64,000 nt of DNA from Armatimonadota bacterium. GTDB lineage: Bacteria; Armatimonadota; UBA5829; DTJY01. Of the stretch, positions 1 to 9,306 are shown in pieces. Within the stretch, counting starts at the first letter, position 1, and each line of letters opens with the position of its first letter. Made by a program: the position numbers and the translations under genes. The notes below the pieces were generated by a model, which searched no databases, had not been told where the DNA came from, and saw only the letters and a list, made by a program, of their open reading frames with translations. The stretch covers positions 13,159 through 77,158 of the forward strand of contig JAIMAU010000006.1 in assembly GCA_023511795.1 (NCBI GenBank). Reading direction: 5' to 3'.

Positions 1-545
1 GATTTTTTCGATTCCATAGAATCATACGCAGTTGCTACAGCTAGAATTCTCGCACCAAGGGGAATTTCTTCGCCTTTTAGCCCATCCGGGTATCCCGAGC
101 CATCCCAGCATTCATGATGATGGCGAATCAGCGGCGCAAGATCTTTGAGTAATCTGACTTGTTCCACCATCTCAGCGCCGATTACGGCATGTTGTTTTAG
201 AATCTCAAACTCCTTGGAGGTAAGCTTGCCTTTTCTGCTGAGGATTGCATACGGCACCCTCACATTGCCGATGTCTGCAAGTAAAGCCGCATACTCCATC
301 CGCAGAATTTGCGCCCTGGGTATGCGCATCTCGCGGGCAATATCTACCACATATCGTGCTACACGTTCTCCATGCCCCTCAGCACCGACGTCTTTTGTTT
401 CAACAGCGCGGGCAAGTGTCAGGAGGGACTGCCTATAAGCCCGACGCATTTGTAATGGCAGATATATATATGAATAGCACCCAAACACGATGGTGAATGC
501 TACAGCCATGAGGAAAACCGGACTGAGCCAGAAGCTATTCCCCAT
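1..545 (-). CDS. HD-GYP domain protein, partial (3' end beyond window start); short N-terminal TM helix; HD motif degenerate (LLADIGN instead of HDxG)
   Basis: Own translation of minus strand from ATG at 543-545: MGNSFWLSPVFLMAVAFTIVFGCY...HGERVARYVVDIAREM...LLADIGNVRV...HHHECWDGSGYPDGL (GYP motif present). Start overlaps stop of upstream HD-GYP gene. Not in ORF track because it runs off the window. Confidence 0.75.
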   Translation of the reverse strand, partial: MGNSFWLSPVFLMAVAFTIVFGCYSYIYLPLQMRRAYRQSLLTLARAVETKDVGAEGHGERVARYVVDIAREMRIPRAQILRMEYAALLADIGNVRVPYAILSRKGKLTSKEFEILKQHAVIGAEMVEQVRLLKDLAPLIRHHHECWDGSGYPDGLKGEEIPLGARILAVATAYDSMESKK

Positions 546-1842
546 GCTCCAACTCCTCTCTCGCCATTACTTGCATGAATGCCTTTACAACCCGTGGGTC
601 GAACTGAGTCCCGGCTCCGTAGCGTACTTGATCTATTGCTTGATCAATTGTTAATGGCGCTCGGTATACGCGCCTATCTTTCTCGTCAGGCCCTCCCGTC
701 ATGGCATCAAAAGCGTCGGCAACGGCAATCACAGCTGCCTCTATTGGAATCTCGCCATCCTTGAGGCCATCTGGATAGCCCTTGCCATCTGGACGTTCGT
801 GATGTCCACGTACCCATGGGACTATCGCTTCAAGGTGCTTCATTTGTGAGAGAATCTCTGCTCCTCGCGCGGGGTGCTGCTTTATAATAGCCCAATCTTC
901 TTCGGAAAGAGCTCCGACTTTGTCCAAAATCTGCTCGTCCACCCCGATCTTACCTACATCGTGTAGAAGGCCCGCATCGCGTATTAACATCAAACTTCGC
1001 AAAGGTAAACCCATTTGCCGGGCAATTTTATCGGAGATGTCCGCCACCCTTTCGAGGTGTCCTTTTGTATATGGGTGGTAATGCTGCATATAGATGCCTA
1101 GTGAAGTAATCGTCTCGCGGTAAGTATCAAGTCGTTTGGCATATTGGTTGAGAGCCTGTCTCCCCATCAAAAACGGGATTATCATAAGCAATATTCCATG
1201 TATACCATAGGCTAAGTAAAGGTATGCAAACAGTATTCCTGATGGGCCAGTCACGAGATTGTTGGTGGCTGTCCATCGCAATTGTTGAGCCACATGAATT
1301 CGCCAGGGTTCGCGAAGATGTAAGGCCAAAGCGGTTGCTAGTAATAGTGCATTTGTCGTTGTGCAGGTAAATACCCATAGCAACACAGGTAGCACAACTG
1401 CAGACAAAGTGACTTCACTTCCTGTCTGCAAGGTCATGCCGCCAGAAAATATGTAGGCGATAGATGCAACTGTTATCGAAATGATAGTATTGCACAAGTT
1501 GTAGTACGTCAAATCTAAGAGCAATCTTAGTGGGTATTTGCCGCGGTGGAACACCATGTTTGACGCAATTAAACCTAATGAAGTTACAAGTAAGGTTTCG
1601 GTGAATCCATGGCTAATAAATAAGGCCAGAACCGCTGGCATAGTCATCGTATATTCGGTTGCTGAGCTGGGGAATACAACGGGAAGTATTTCGGCAAAGA
1701 AGATAAGGATAAAGAAAACAACTAATTCAGGCCAGGCGTGTAGTTCTATTCCCCCAAACGCCACGGCTGAAGTCAAAATAATAAAACCGAGGAGGTATAT
1801 AGTGTACTTATACTGAGTGAATGCTTTGGCGACCTGACGCAC
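535..1842 (-). CDS. 7TM-receptor-linked HD-GYP phosphohydrolase (7TMR-HD family)
   Basis: 435 aa; N-terminal about 215 aa with 6-7 hydrophobic helices; C-terminal HD-GYP motifs LLHDVGKIGV and HHERPDGKGYPDGL. Start is GTG (MRQVAKAF) with AGGAAG SD. Confidence 0.85.
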   Translation of the reverse strand: MRQVAKAFTQYKYTIYLLGFIILTSAVAFGGIELHAWPELVVFFILIFFAEILPVVFPSSATEYTMTMPAVLALFISHGFTETLLVTSLGLIASNMVFHRGKYPLRLLLDLTYYNLCNTIISITVASIAYIFSGGMTLQTGSEVTLSAVVLPVLLWVFTCTTTNALLLATALALHLREPWRIHVAQQLRWTATNNLVTGPSGILFAYLYLAYGIHGILLMIIPFLMGRQALNQYAKRLDTYRETITSLGIYMQHYHPYTKGHLERVADISDKIARQMGLPLRSLMLIRDAGLLHDVGKIGVDEQILDKVGALSEEDWAIIKQHPARGAEILSQMKHLEAIVPWVRGHHERPDGKGYPDGLKDGEIPIEAAVIAVADAFDAMTGGPDEKDRRVYRAPLTIDQAIDQVRYGAGTQFDPRVVKAFMQVMAREELEHGE

Positions 1843-2136
1843 TTGAACTTCCTGTTCAGAGTTGGGCCGACGGAGGTGGCTACTTTGGGTTAGGCATCAG
1901 CCTAAATTTACCCGTCCTAGATCCTAGGGCGGTGGCCAGAATCTACCGAACGCGCCGGATGTAAGCACCAGCGACGCCAGAGCAAGCAGTACTTTGACCA
2001 AGGTCTTCATTTACGTCAACCCCTTTCGTCGTGAGGATAATGTCTATTTCCGCTAGACATAGACATTTCCACCGCTTCGCTCGGGATTTGAATCGTTTTT
2101 GCGACCTTTTCACCGCCTGCCGTCGGCCCAAACAAA

Positions 2137-2793
2137 TTATTCTTTCTCTTCGCCCATTAAGCCCAGCCGTCTATTGACGGCATCTAGCGTTGCATTCACC
2201 ACCGCTTTCCATAAATCCTGCTTGACGATTGCTGAACCTATAAGTGGTTCTTCGCCCCGTGAAGTTATCATGTTTATTAAAACTATTACTATTTGCCTGC
2301 CTGACAAAGTAATATTAGGATTGATGTCTTCAACAACGAATGTCCCATCGGTGCCTTCACAATTTTCAACTGCTCGGAGGGTTGCCGTCGCTATGAGCCT
2401 GAGTTGGCTCAGACTTGAACTATGACCTGTTGCACTGCCAGTATATACTTCTTGGTCTTTTTTAAGATGAACAGTAGCCTGAGAATGAGCTCCATTAAGT
2501 GAGATTGAGACATCCGAAAACTTCAATCTTCCTATGTCGAACCTGAAGCGCTTTCCATCCTGTGTTTGTGCTACGCTTACTTTTTTGTGGTCTAGTTCGA
2601 TTCCGAACTTGGCCATGAGTGCTGACTCGACATCCCTTACAACTTGCTTTGGTGCTCTGCTCGACTCTGCTAGAACATGAATCTCTTCTATGACGCCTGC
2701 ATTGTTTGTTACAACACGGCTTGAGATGATATGGTTGAGCGAGCGAATAACTGATTCAATTTCTGAAGCCGATATTTTTCTTGTGGTCCCCAT
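2137..2793 (-). CDS. hypothetical protein, last gene of thrS-pheT operon
   Basis: 218 aa ORF 16 nt downstream of pheT on same strand with GGAGG SD (ggaggaataaaaATG); no motif I can assign. Confidence 0.5.
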   Translation of the reverse strand: MGTTRKISASEIESVIRSLNHIISSRVVTNNAGVIEEIHVLAESSRAPKQVVRDVESALMAKFGIELDHKKVSVAQTQDGKRFRFDIGRLKFSDVSISLNGAHSQATVHLKKDQEVYTGSATGHSSSLSQLRLIATATLRAVENCEGTDGTFVVEDINPNITLSGRQIVIVLINMITSRGEEPLIGSAIVKQDLWKAVVNATLDAVNRRLGLMGEEKE

Positions 2794-2808
2794 TTTTATT
2801 CCTCCGAG

Positions 2809-4842
2809 CTATGCATCTCTAAAGGATGCTGCAAGCTTGTCTCCAAGGAGATTTCTTATCCTTGCCATGCGGTCGTCTACTTCCTCATCCCGTAGGGTCT
2901 TCGTAGGCGAACGAAATACCATTCTAAACGCAAGACTCTTCTGCCCTGCAGGTAAGGGTGGACCTTTATATAAATCAAACAACGATATACTTTCTAGTAG
3001 GTCTCCCGCCCCTTCTTCCAAAACCTCTCTAACCCTATCATATGGAATCTCGTCGGCGACAACGACGGCCAAGTCCCTCGTAAGTGCTGGATATCGAGAG
3101 AACGGACGATATGGTTCTGCTTCTCGACGACGACTAATCAATTCGTCAAAATCAAGTTCGAATGCGTAAGTTCGACCTGGAAGATCGAACTTAGCAGCAA
3201 GGTCCGAGCTGACCTCGCCAAGAACGCCGACTTCGGTATTTCCTATTTGTATGATTGCTGCTCTAGTCGGGTGGAATCCATCAAGCCGCGCCTGTCTGAA
3301 AAGCACTTCGCCCTTTACCAATCGGTTGAAAATAGTTTCAACTACGCCTTTTGCCAAGAAGAAATCTGCTTCGAGGCTACTTTTGTCCACATTCCAAGCC
3401 GTCTGCCACATCGAGCCAGTTAAAGCCCCAGCGATGCTCAAACGTTCGATAATCGCGCCATTATCGGTAGAGGCCACGCGTCCAATCTCGAATATGCCGA
3501 TATCCCTTATCCCTCGACTTGCGTTGTAGCCAATTACTCCTAATAGATTTGGAATAAGGCGCTTTCGTATCCTGCTTAGATCATCGCTTATCGGGTTGCG
3601 AATCACGACTTCGCCGTGTTCGCCCTCTGTTGGAGGTACAAGTGAATGAGTGACAACTTCCTGAAGGCCGCATGCAATCAACGTATCCGCAACTTCAGAA
3701 GCAAACCTTCCTTCCGGGCTGTCGCTCCCTTGCATTGTTTCACCCATAGGGAGTTTCTCTGGGATTGCATTGTATCCGTACAACCTGCCAACTTCTTCAA
3801 TCAAGTCAATTTCGCGCGTTATGTCTGGCCGAAACGTAGGAACGGTCACCAATAGCGGGTCACCTTTCGCAACAGACATACCTAGTCTGGAAAGGTAGTC
3901 TGCGATTTGCTCTGAGCTTACTTTAACGCCTAAGACCTCGCTTGTACGTTGAGGCCTAATCTCTAAGGTTACCGGGTTAATCTTTCTTGGATAGGCGTCC
4001 ACAATGCCCTTAGCGATTGACCCGCCAGACCACTCCACAATCAATTGGGCTACACGGTCAAGGGCATAGGTTGTTAATTCAGGATCAACGCTGCGCTCAA
4101 ACCTATACGATGCTTCGGTACTCATGCCGAGATATTTTGCGGTTTTTCGTATAGAGATTCGGTTAAAATGGGCTGACTCCAAAAGAACGTTGCGCGTGTT
4201 AAAGCTTACCTCGGTGTCTGCACCGCCCATCACTCCTGCGATGGCAATAGCCCTCTCAGAATCTGCTATCACCAGGATTTCCTCGTTCAGTATGCGCTCT
4301 TCGCCATCTAAAGTTACGATTCTTTCGTCAGGTATTGCTTGGCGAACGATTATATGGTGATTCTTCACCAAATCGTAATCGAAAGCATGAAGGGGCTGCC
4401 CTAGCTCAAGTAGCACATAATTCGTCGCATCCACGACATTATTTATGGGCCGGAGGCCCCCAGCGACTAGCCTTTCCTGAACCCATGCTGGTGACGGCCC
4501 TACCTTGACATCGGTAACTACGCGTGCTGAGTATCGTGGACAATTGATGGGGCTTTCGATGTCAACTTTTACGAGGTCAGATGCCTTCGTATCACTTTCG
4601 ACCAACTTAGGGATTGGAGGATTTAGTTGGGTCCCAAGTAAAGCTGAAACCTCTCGTGCAACGCCAACTATTGAAAGCAAATCAGGCCTATTTGGGGTAA
4701 CGTAGGTTGAGAAGACAAGCTTGTCGCCTATCTCGGTTACCTCTTCCACTTCGAGGCCAGCGAGTGTCAATCGCTCCGCTAGTTGCTTCGGAGGGACATC
4801 AAAGCTCACATATTCTCTTAGCCATTCGACAGGTACTAACAC
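2809..4842 (-). CDS. pheT: phenylalanine--tRNA ligase beta subunit, short form lacking N-terminal tRNA-binding (EMAP/OB) domain
   Basis: 677 aa; LAGLEVEEV then directly TPNRPDLLSIVGVAREV (B3/4 region), FDYD..., C-terminal FDLYKG ferredoxin-fold anticodon-binding region; GTG start; follows pheS. Confidence 0.9.
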   Translation of the reverse strand: MLVPVEWLREYVSFDVPPKQLAERLTLAGLEVEEVTEIGDKLVFSTYVTPNRPDLLSIVGVAREVSALLGTQLNPPIPKLVESDTKASDLVKVDIESPINCPRYSARVVTDVKVGPSPAWVQERLVAGGLRPINNVVDATNYVLLELGQPLHAFDYDLVKNHHIIVRQAIPDERIVTLDGEERILNEEILVIADSERAIAIAGVMGGADTEVSFNTRNVLLESAHFNRISIRKTAKYLGMSTEASYRFERSVDPELTTYALDRVAQLIVEWSGGSIAKGIVDAYPRKINPVTLEIRPQRTSEVLGVKVSSEQIADYLSRLGMSVAKGDPLLVTVPTFRPDITREIDLIEEVGRLYGYNAIPEKLPMGETMQGSDSPEGRFASEVADTLIACGLQEVVTHSLVPPTEGEHGEVVIRNPISDDLSRIRKRLIPNLLGVIGYNASRGIRDIGIFEIGRVASTDNGAIIERLSIAGALTGSMWQTAWNVDKSSLEADFFLAKGVVETIFNRLVKGEVLFRQARLDGFHPTRAAIIQIGNTEVGVLGEVSSDLAAKFDLPGRTYAFELDFDELISRRREAEPYRPFSRYPALTRDLAVVVADEIPYDRVREVLEEGAGDLLESISLFDLYKGPPLPAGQKSLAFRMVFRSPTKTLRDEEVDDRMARIRNLLGDKLAASFRDA

Positions 4843-4865
4843 GACAGGAACCCTTTGTAGGAAGC

Positions 4866-5888
4866 CTAAAATTGCTGAAGAAAGCGCAAGTCGTTCTCAA
4901 GGAACAGGCGCAAATCGTCGATGGCATGCTTAAGCATCGGCATGCGTTCGATTCCCAGGCCAAAAGCAAACCCCGTGTACTTTTCCGAGTCTATGTCAAA
5001 GCGCTCAAGTACGTTTGGGTGAATCATTCCGGCACCGCCTAATTCAAGCCAGCCGGTAGACTTGCAAAGTGAACATCCGGCGCCCTTACACATTACGCAG
5101 CTAATAGCCCACTCAGCGCCAGGTTCTACGAATGGAAAGTAGTCTGGGCGAAACCGCACTTTGGTTTCTGGTCCGAACATCTCGCGCACGAATTGTGCCA
5201 AAGTCCCTTTTAGGTTTGCCAAGCTTATCCCTTCGTCGACCGTAAAACAGTCAACTTGGTGGAAAGTGTGTGAATGCGTAGCATCCACAGCATCGAACCT
5301 AAAACATCGCCCAATTGTTGCGATACGGAATGGCGGTTTCTGGCTTTCCATTACCCTTCCCTGAAGAGCAGTCGTCTGCGTCCTGAGTAGGAGGTCATCA
5401 GTTATATAAAATGACATCTGCTCATCCAGCGCCGGATGTTCTTCGGGATAGTTCAAGGCTTCGAAGTTGTAAAGATATTGTTCGATTTCCGGTCCTTCGA
5501 CCACTTGATAGCCCATCCCGATGAAGATTCGCTTTACTTCTGCGATGGTTACAGACAGGATATGGCGCCTGCCTACTTGGAACAATCTGCCTGGCAGCGT
5601 GACATCCACAGCTTCGCGGGCAAGCTGGGCATCCCGCTCCTCGATTAAAATCTTCTCGCGCTTCTCGGCGATCTTTCCTTCTAGCAGTTGTCGAAGTTCG
5701 TTTGCGCTCTGGCCAAACGATGGCCTTTGCTCTGGGGGCAGCGTTTTCACGCTGCGCAATAGCTCAGTAACCTTGCCCTTACGTCCGAGGTACTCGGTTT
5801 CCAGCTCCGCCAACGTCTGCGAAGATGCGGCTGATGCAATCCGTTGCTCTGCTTCACGGCGCAGGGCTTCGATTTGCTCGTAAACCAA
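4866..5888 (-). CDS. pheS: phenylalanine--tRNA ligase alpha subunit
   Basis: 340 aa; class II aaRS motifs FRxE-like RCFRFDAVDATHSHTFHQVDCF, GLGIERMPML; TTG start after GGGGAG SD. Confidence 0.92.
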   Translation of the reverse strand: MVYEQIEALRREAEQRIASAASSQTLAELETEYLGRKGKVTELLRSVKTLPPEQRPSFGQSANELRQLLEGKIAEKREKILIEERDAQLAREAVDVTLPGRLFQVGRRHILSVTIAEVKRIFIGMGYQVVEGPEIEQYLYNFEALNYPEEHPALDEQMSFYITDDLLLRTQTTALQGRVMESQKPPFRIATIGRCFRFDAVDATHSHTFHQVDCFTVDEGISLANLKGTLAQFVREMFGPETKVRFRPDYFPFVEPGAEWAISCVMCKGAGCSLCKSTGWLELGGAGMIHPNVLERFDIDSEKYTGFAFGLGIERMPMLKHAIDDLRLFLENDLRFLQQF

Positions 5889-5912
5889 ATCCTACTCCCC
5901 GTTCTTAGAAAG

Positions 5913-6272
5913 TCAAGCTGCTAGCTGTTCTGAGGCATGTTTAACCAGCGCAGCGAAGGCGGCTTTGTCATTAACAGCCATTTCCGCAAGAACCTTGCGG
6001 TCTATGGCTATTCCGCCTTTCGCTAAGCCCTGGATGAATCTGCTATAGGATATGCCGTTTTCTCGGCATGCCGCATTGATGCGTGTTATCCAAAGACTCC
6101 GAAACTCTCGCTTCCTAACTCTGCGGTCGCGGTATGCATAGTTGAGCGCCTTTGCGACTGCTTCATTCGCAGTTTTGAAGAGGCGGCTTCTTGCGCCCCA
6201 ATAGCCTTTTGCGCGCTCCATGACTTTCTTATGCCGCTTATGGGTCATTATCCCACGTTTTACCCGTGGCAT
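5913..6272 (-). CDS. rplT: 50S ribosomal protein L20
   Basis: 119 aa [26 protein letters not shown]... canonical L20. Confidence 0.95.
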   Translation of the reverse strand: MPRVKRGIMTHKRHKKVMERAKGYWGARSRLFKTANEAVAKALNYAYRDRRVRKREFRSLWITRINAACRENGISYSRFIQGLAKGGIAIDRKVLAEMAVNDKAAFAALVKHASEQLAA

Positions 6273-6335
6273 CTAACCTGCTCCTTTCAATATTGCAACT
6301 TGTATTCGGCCTTTTTATGTTATGGCCATCTCCTG

Positions 6336-6536
6336 TTATGAACCGTAAGGAATCATGCGGTGAACTTTCTGCTTTTCGCCGCCAAAAACCAAAGACTCTA
6401 CGCTCAGTCTGCGCTTTCTGGCTGGGGACTTCTTCATCATTAGGTGTCCTTTCCCCGTATTTCGCCGTACAATTTTACCTGATGCAGTTATTTCGAATCT
6501 CTTGGCAGCTGTTTTTCTTGTCCTTATCTTTGGCAT
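6336..6536 (-). CDS. rpmI: 50S ribosomal protein L35
   Basis: 66 aa MPKIRTRKTAAKRFEITASGKIVRR... basic, canonical L35. Confidence 0.9.
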   Translation of the reverse strand: MPKIRTRKTAAKRFEITASGKIVRRNTGKGHLMMKKSPARKRRLSVESLVFGGEKQKVHRMIPYGS

Positions 6537-6658
6537 TCGACTCTATTCCTTTCAAGATACAAGTTGCCACGCGACCTCTCGAGCCAAGCTCCGGATCCGT
6601 GGCACGGCTAGGCGTTCCTATGATTAGTTCACCAATCGGCAGACCTAGACAATCCTTC

Positions 6659-7165
6659 CTACTTTGGGCTTAACACCATCGTCATCGTCCTGCCTTCCAT
6701 GGCGGCAGGTTTTTCAACCACCGCTATATCAGCGGTTGCCTCTGCAATCCGATCAAGTGCGCGCTTGGCGAACTCCGGATGAGTTATTTCGCGACTCCGG
6801 AATATTACTATTATTTTAACCTTGTTTCCTTCTCCAAGGAACCTCAGGGCGTGTCTCAGCTTGACCTGAAAATCATGCTCATCAGTGCCAGGGCGCATTT
6901 TAATGCTTTTCACTTCGGTAATCCGCTGCTTCTTTCGAGCCTCCCGTTCGCGCTTTCCTTGCTCATACTTATATTTCCCGTAGTCCATTATTTTGCATAC
7001 AGGAGGCACAGCGGTCGGCGCCACCTCAATTAAATCAAGGCCCTTCTCCCTTGCAATCGCTAGTGCTTCGTGAACGGGTTTGATTCCAAGCTGGTTTCCC
7101 TGTTCGTCAACCAGCCTGCATTCTCGAGCCCGAATCCGCTCATTAACCCTGAGATCTTTATTTAT
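6659..7165 (-). CDS. infC: translation initiation factor IF-3, non-AUG (AUA) start
   Basis: ORF track gives only the C-domain from an internal Met. Own translation upstream in frame gives [68 protein letters not shown] (IF3 N-domain). In-frame TGA two codons upstream; GAGGTGAT SD 5 nt before ATA at 7163-7165. Confidence 0.85.
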   Translation of the reverse strand: [168 protein letters not shown]

Positions 7166-7326
7166 GCTCCATCACCTCGTAAAAATTAACCACAGGGCCA
7201 TATGCGGACTGCACACACAGCCCGGAGTTGGTGTGCTAAACCCCAGCAACCGCGTCTCCGTGCGCCATCCGAACCCTGCGGTCGTAGCATTTAAAGTATT
7301 ATTGGAGTTAGTATAGCATAATATCA
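7166..7326 (-). promoter_or_regulatory. 161-nt thrS-infC intergenic leader, GC-rich with local hairpins; candidate infC/L20 regulatory region
   Basis: Non-coding in all frames; contains CGGAG...CUCCG and GCU-GGGGUUU-AGC pairings on minus strand; ends with SD + AUA start. Confidence 0.3.
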
Positions 7327-9045
7327 TTAATTCGTCAACTCGTTTTTAGCAAATGCGATAAAGTCCTCTATTAGCATAACTCCTATGTCACCGGTTTCGC
7401 GCTTCCTCACCGATACTTTGCCTGACTCGGCCTCTTTATCGCCAACTATGAGCATATACGGTATCTTTTGTACCTGGGCCTCACGGATTTTAAAACCTGT
7501 CTTTTCATTTCTTGAATCTACTGACACCCTAAAGCCTGCCTCACTAAGACGACCCGCTACCTTCTCTCCATATTCCCGATGCCTGTCTGCGATTGGCAAC
7601 ACAATCATTTGTATTGGCGCAAGCCAAAGAGGAAATGCTCCGGCATATTCCTCAATCAGAACACCCATGAATCGTTCGATAGCACCCAAAGCCGCCCTAT
7701 GAATCATCACCGGTCGGTGGGGCTTGCCATCCTCGCCGATGTACTCTAGGTCGAAGCGCTCTGGCATCGAGAAATCGAGCTGTATCGTGCCTAGCTGCCA
7801 AGAGCGTCCTATCGAGTCTTTGACGTGAAAGTCAATCTTTGGCCCATAGAAAGCTCCATCACCTGGGTTTATTTGATAAATTATGTTATTTGCGCGAAGT
7901 GCTTCGTGAAGGGCTTTCTCTGCGGTTTCCCATATCTCGTCAGAGCCAATGGATTTTTCCGGCCGCGTACTGAGCTCAATGCGGTAATCTTTGAATCCAT
8001 ACTTCGCATACGTTGTGCGAATTAGGTCAATGACGCCCGTTATCTCTGACTGTATTTGCTCAGGGCGGCAAAAAATGTGTCCATCGTCAATTGTAAAGCT
8101 CCGCACTCGGAACAAGCCGGTCAACACTCCCGAGAGCTCGTGCCGATGGACAAGCCCTAGTTCGGCATATCTAAGCGGAAGGTCGCGATATGATTTTAGC
8201 GTCTCCTTGTAGATTAGAATTGCGCCAGGGCAATTCATTGGCTTAACTGCATAGGTCTGGTCGTCTATCTCAAGGAAATACATATTATCGCGATATGTTT
8301 CCCAATGGCCGCTCTGGCGCCAAAGTGATTCGTTCAAGATCATCGGTGTGCGAATTTCTAAATATCCGCGCTTTTGATGTTCCTGCCGCCAAAAATCAAT
8401 AATCTGGTTATAGACAATTGCTCCTTTTGGATGCCAGAAAGGAAATCCAGGACCTTCCTCATGGAAACTGAAAAGGTCAAGGTCTTTACCAATCTTTCGA
8501 TGGTCGCGTTTCTTAGCTTCCTCAAGGCGCTTTAAATATTCATCCAGCTCCTTCTGGGTAGGAAACGCTGTGCCATAGATGCGTTGTAGCATTGGATTCT
8601 TTGAATTGCCTCGCCAATAAGCTCCTGCAACGCTCAGGAGCTTGAAAGCCTTCACCAAACCAGTGCTTGGAAGATGAGGACCGCGGCACAAGTCAATAAA
8701 AGACCCCTGGCTGTAGACGGTGACAACAGGTTCTTCGATTTCACGAAGAAGATCGAGCTTGTAGGGCTCATCAGCAAAAAGGCTAAAAGCCTCTTCCTTT
8801 GATATTTCCTTTTTCTCGAACGGAAGATCTGCTGCGATAATCTCGCGCATTCGGGCTTCAATTTTCTCTAAGTCTTCCGGCGAGAAACCACCTTTGCGGT
8901 CGAAATCATAATAAAAGCCGTCCTCTATTGCAGGCCCGATTCCAAGCTTGACCTCAGGATAAAGTTCTTTCACTGCTTGTGCCAGTATATGCGCTGCACT
9001 ATGTCTCAACGTAAGAGGATCCACTTTGCACCTCTCATCAACCAA
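7327..9045 (-). CDS. thrS: threonine--tRNA ligase, lacking N-terminal TGS domain (editing, catalytic and anticodon domains present)
   Basis: 572 aa; RHSAAHILAQAVKELYP...GPAIEDGFYYDFD (editing domain HxxxH), class II core, C-terminal anticodon-binding domain. Alternative GTG start 21 nt downstream has a better SD (GAGAGGTGcaaaGTG). Confidence 0.92.
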   Translation of the reverse strand: MVDERCKVDPLTLRHSAAHILAQAVKELYPEVKLGIGPAIEDGFYYDFDRKGGFSPEDLEKIEARMREIIAADLPFEKKEISKEEAFSLFADEPYKLDLLREIEEPVVTVYSQGSFIDLCRGPHLPSTGLVKAFKLLSVAGAYWRGNSKNPMLQRIYGTAFPTQKELDEYLKRLEEAKKRDHRKIGKDLDLFSFHEEGPGFPFWHPKGAIVYNQIIDFWRQEHQKRGYLEIRTPMILNESLWRQSGHWETYRDNMYFLEIDDQTYAVKPMNCPGAILIYKETLKSYRDLPLRYAELGLVHRHELSGVLTGLFRVRSFTIDDGHIFCRPEQIQSEITGVIDLIRTTYAKYGFKDYRIELSTRPEKSIGSDEIWETAEKALHEALRANNIIYQINPGDGAFYGPKIDFHVKDSIGRSWQLGTIQLDFSMPERFDLEYIGEDGKPHRPVMIHRAALGAIERFMGVLIEEYAGAFPLWLAPIQMIVLPIADRHREYGEKVAGRLSEAGFRVSVDSRNEKTGFKIREAQVQKIPYMLIVGDKEAESGKVSVRKRETGDIGVMLIEDFIAFAKNELTN

Positions 9046-9070
9046 GTAAGGAAATTCTAAAAGACCAGTA

Positions 9071-9106
9071 GGTAATTATGGGCATCCTTTCTATCACCTA
9101 ATTACC
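9071..9106 (-). promoter_or_regulatory. hairpin in thrS 5' leader (GGUAAUUAGG...CAUAAUUACC) followed by UCUUUUAG; possible attenuator or operator
   Basis: Inverted repeat read on minus strand between predicted promoter and thrS start. Confidence 0.3.
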
Positions 9107-9112
9107 TTAGAG

Positions 9113-9141
9113 ATGATACAAGATTCTTCAGAGATTTGCAA
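9113..9141 (-). promoter_or_regulatory. sigma70-type promoter for thrS operon (TTGCAA-N17-TATCAT)
   Basis: Hexamers read on minus strand about 70 nt upstream of thrS start. Confidence 0.45.
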
Positions 9142-9306
9142 ATTACGCAGGTGGGGAACGCCGCAAGCTATTGAATAATCGGGCAAAATCGCCAATCCGA
9201 CCAGATATAGTGGCAATAAAGGAAATGACATTGCTAAAAATATCTAGGCTTACTATTTTAAATCGGTTTTCTTCCAAACATCCACATACACAGCATCTCC
9301 TACCTC

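Noticed and set aside
145-496. Plus-strand ORFs 145-438 and 245-496
   Set aside because: They lie antisense to a well-supported HD-GYP coding region (minus strand, 1-545); no motifs.
1943-2131. 62-aa basic ORF (minus) and an overlapping 28-aa signal-peptide-like mini-ORF MKTLVKVLLALASLVLTSGAFGRFWPPP
   Set aside because: Both sit in the HD-GYP promoter/leader; no SD for either, too short to support.
7166-7326. tRNA-like GGTTCGGAT in infC leader
   Set aside because: No cloverleaf can be built around it.
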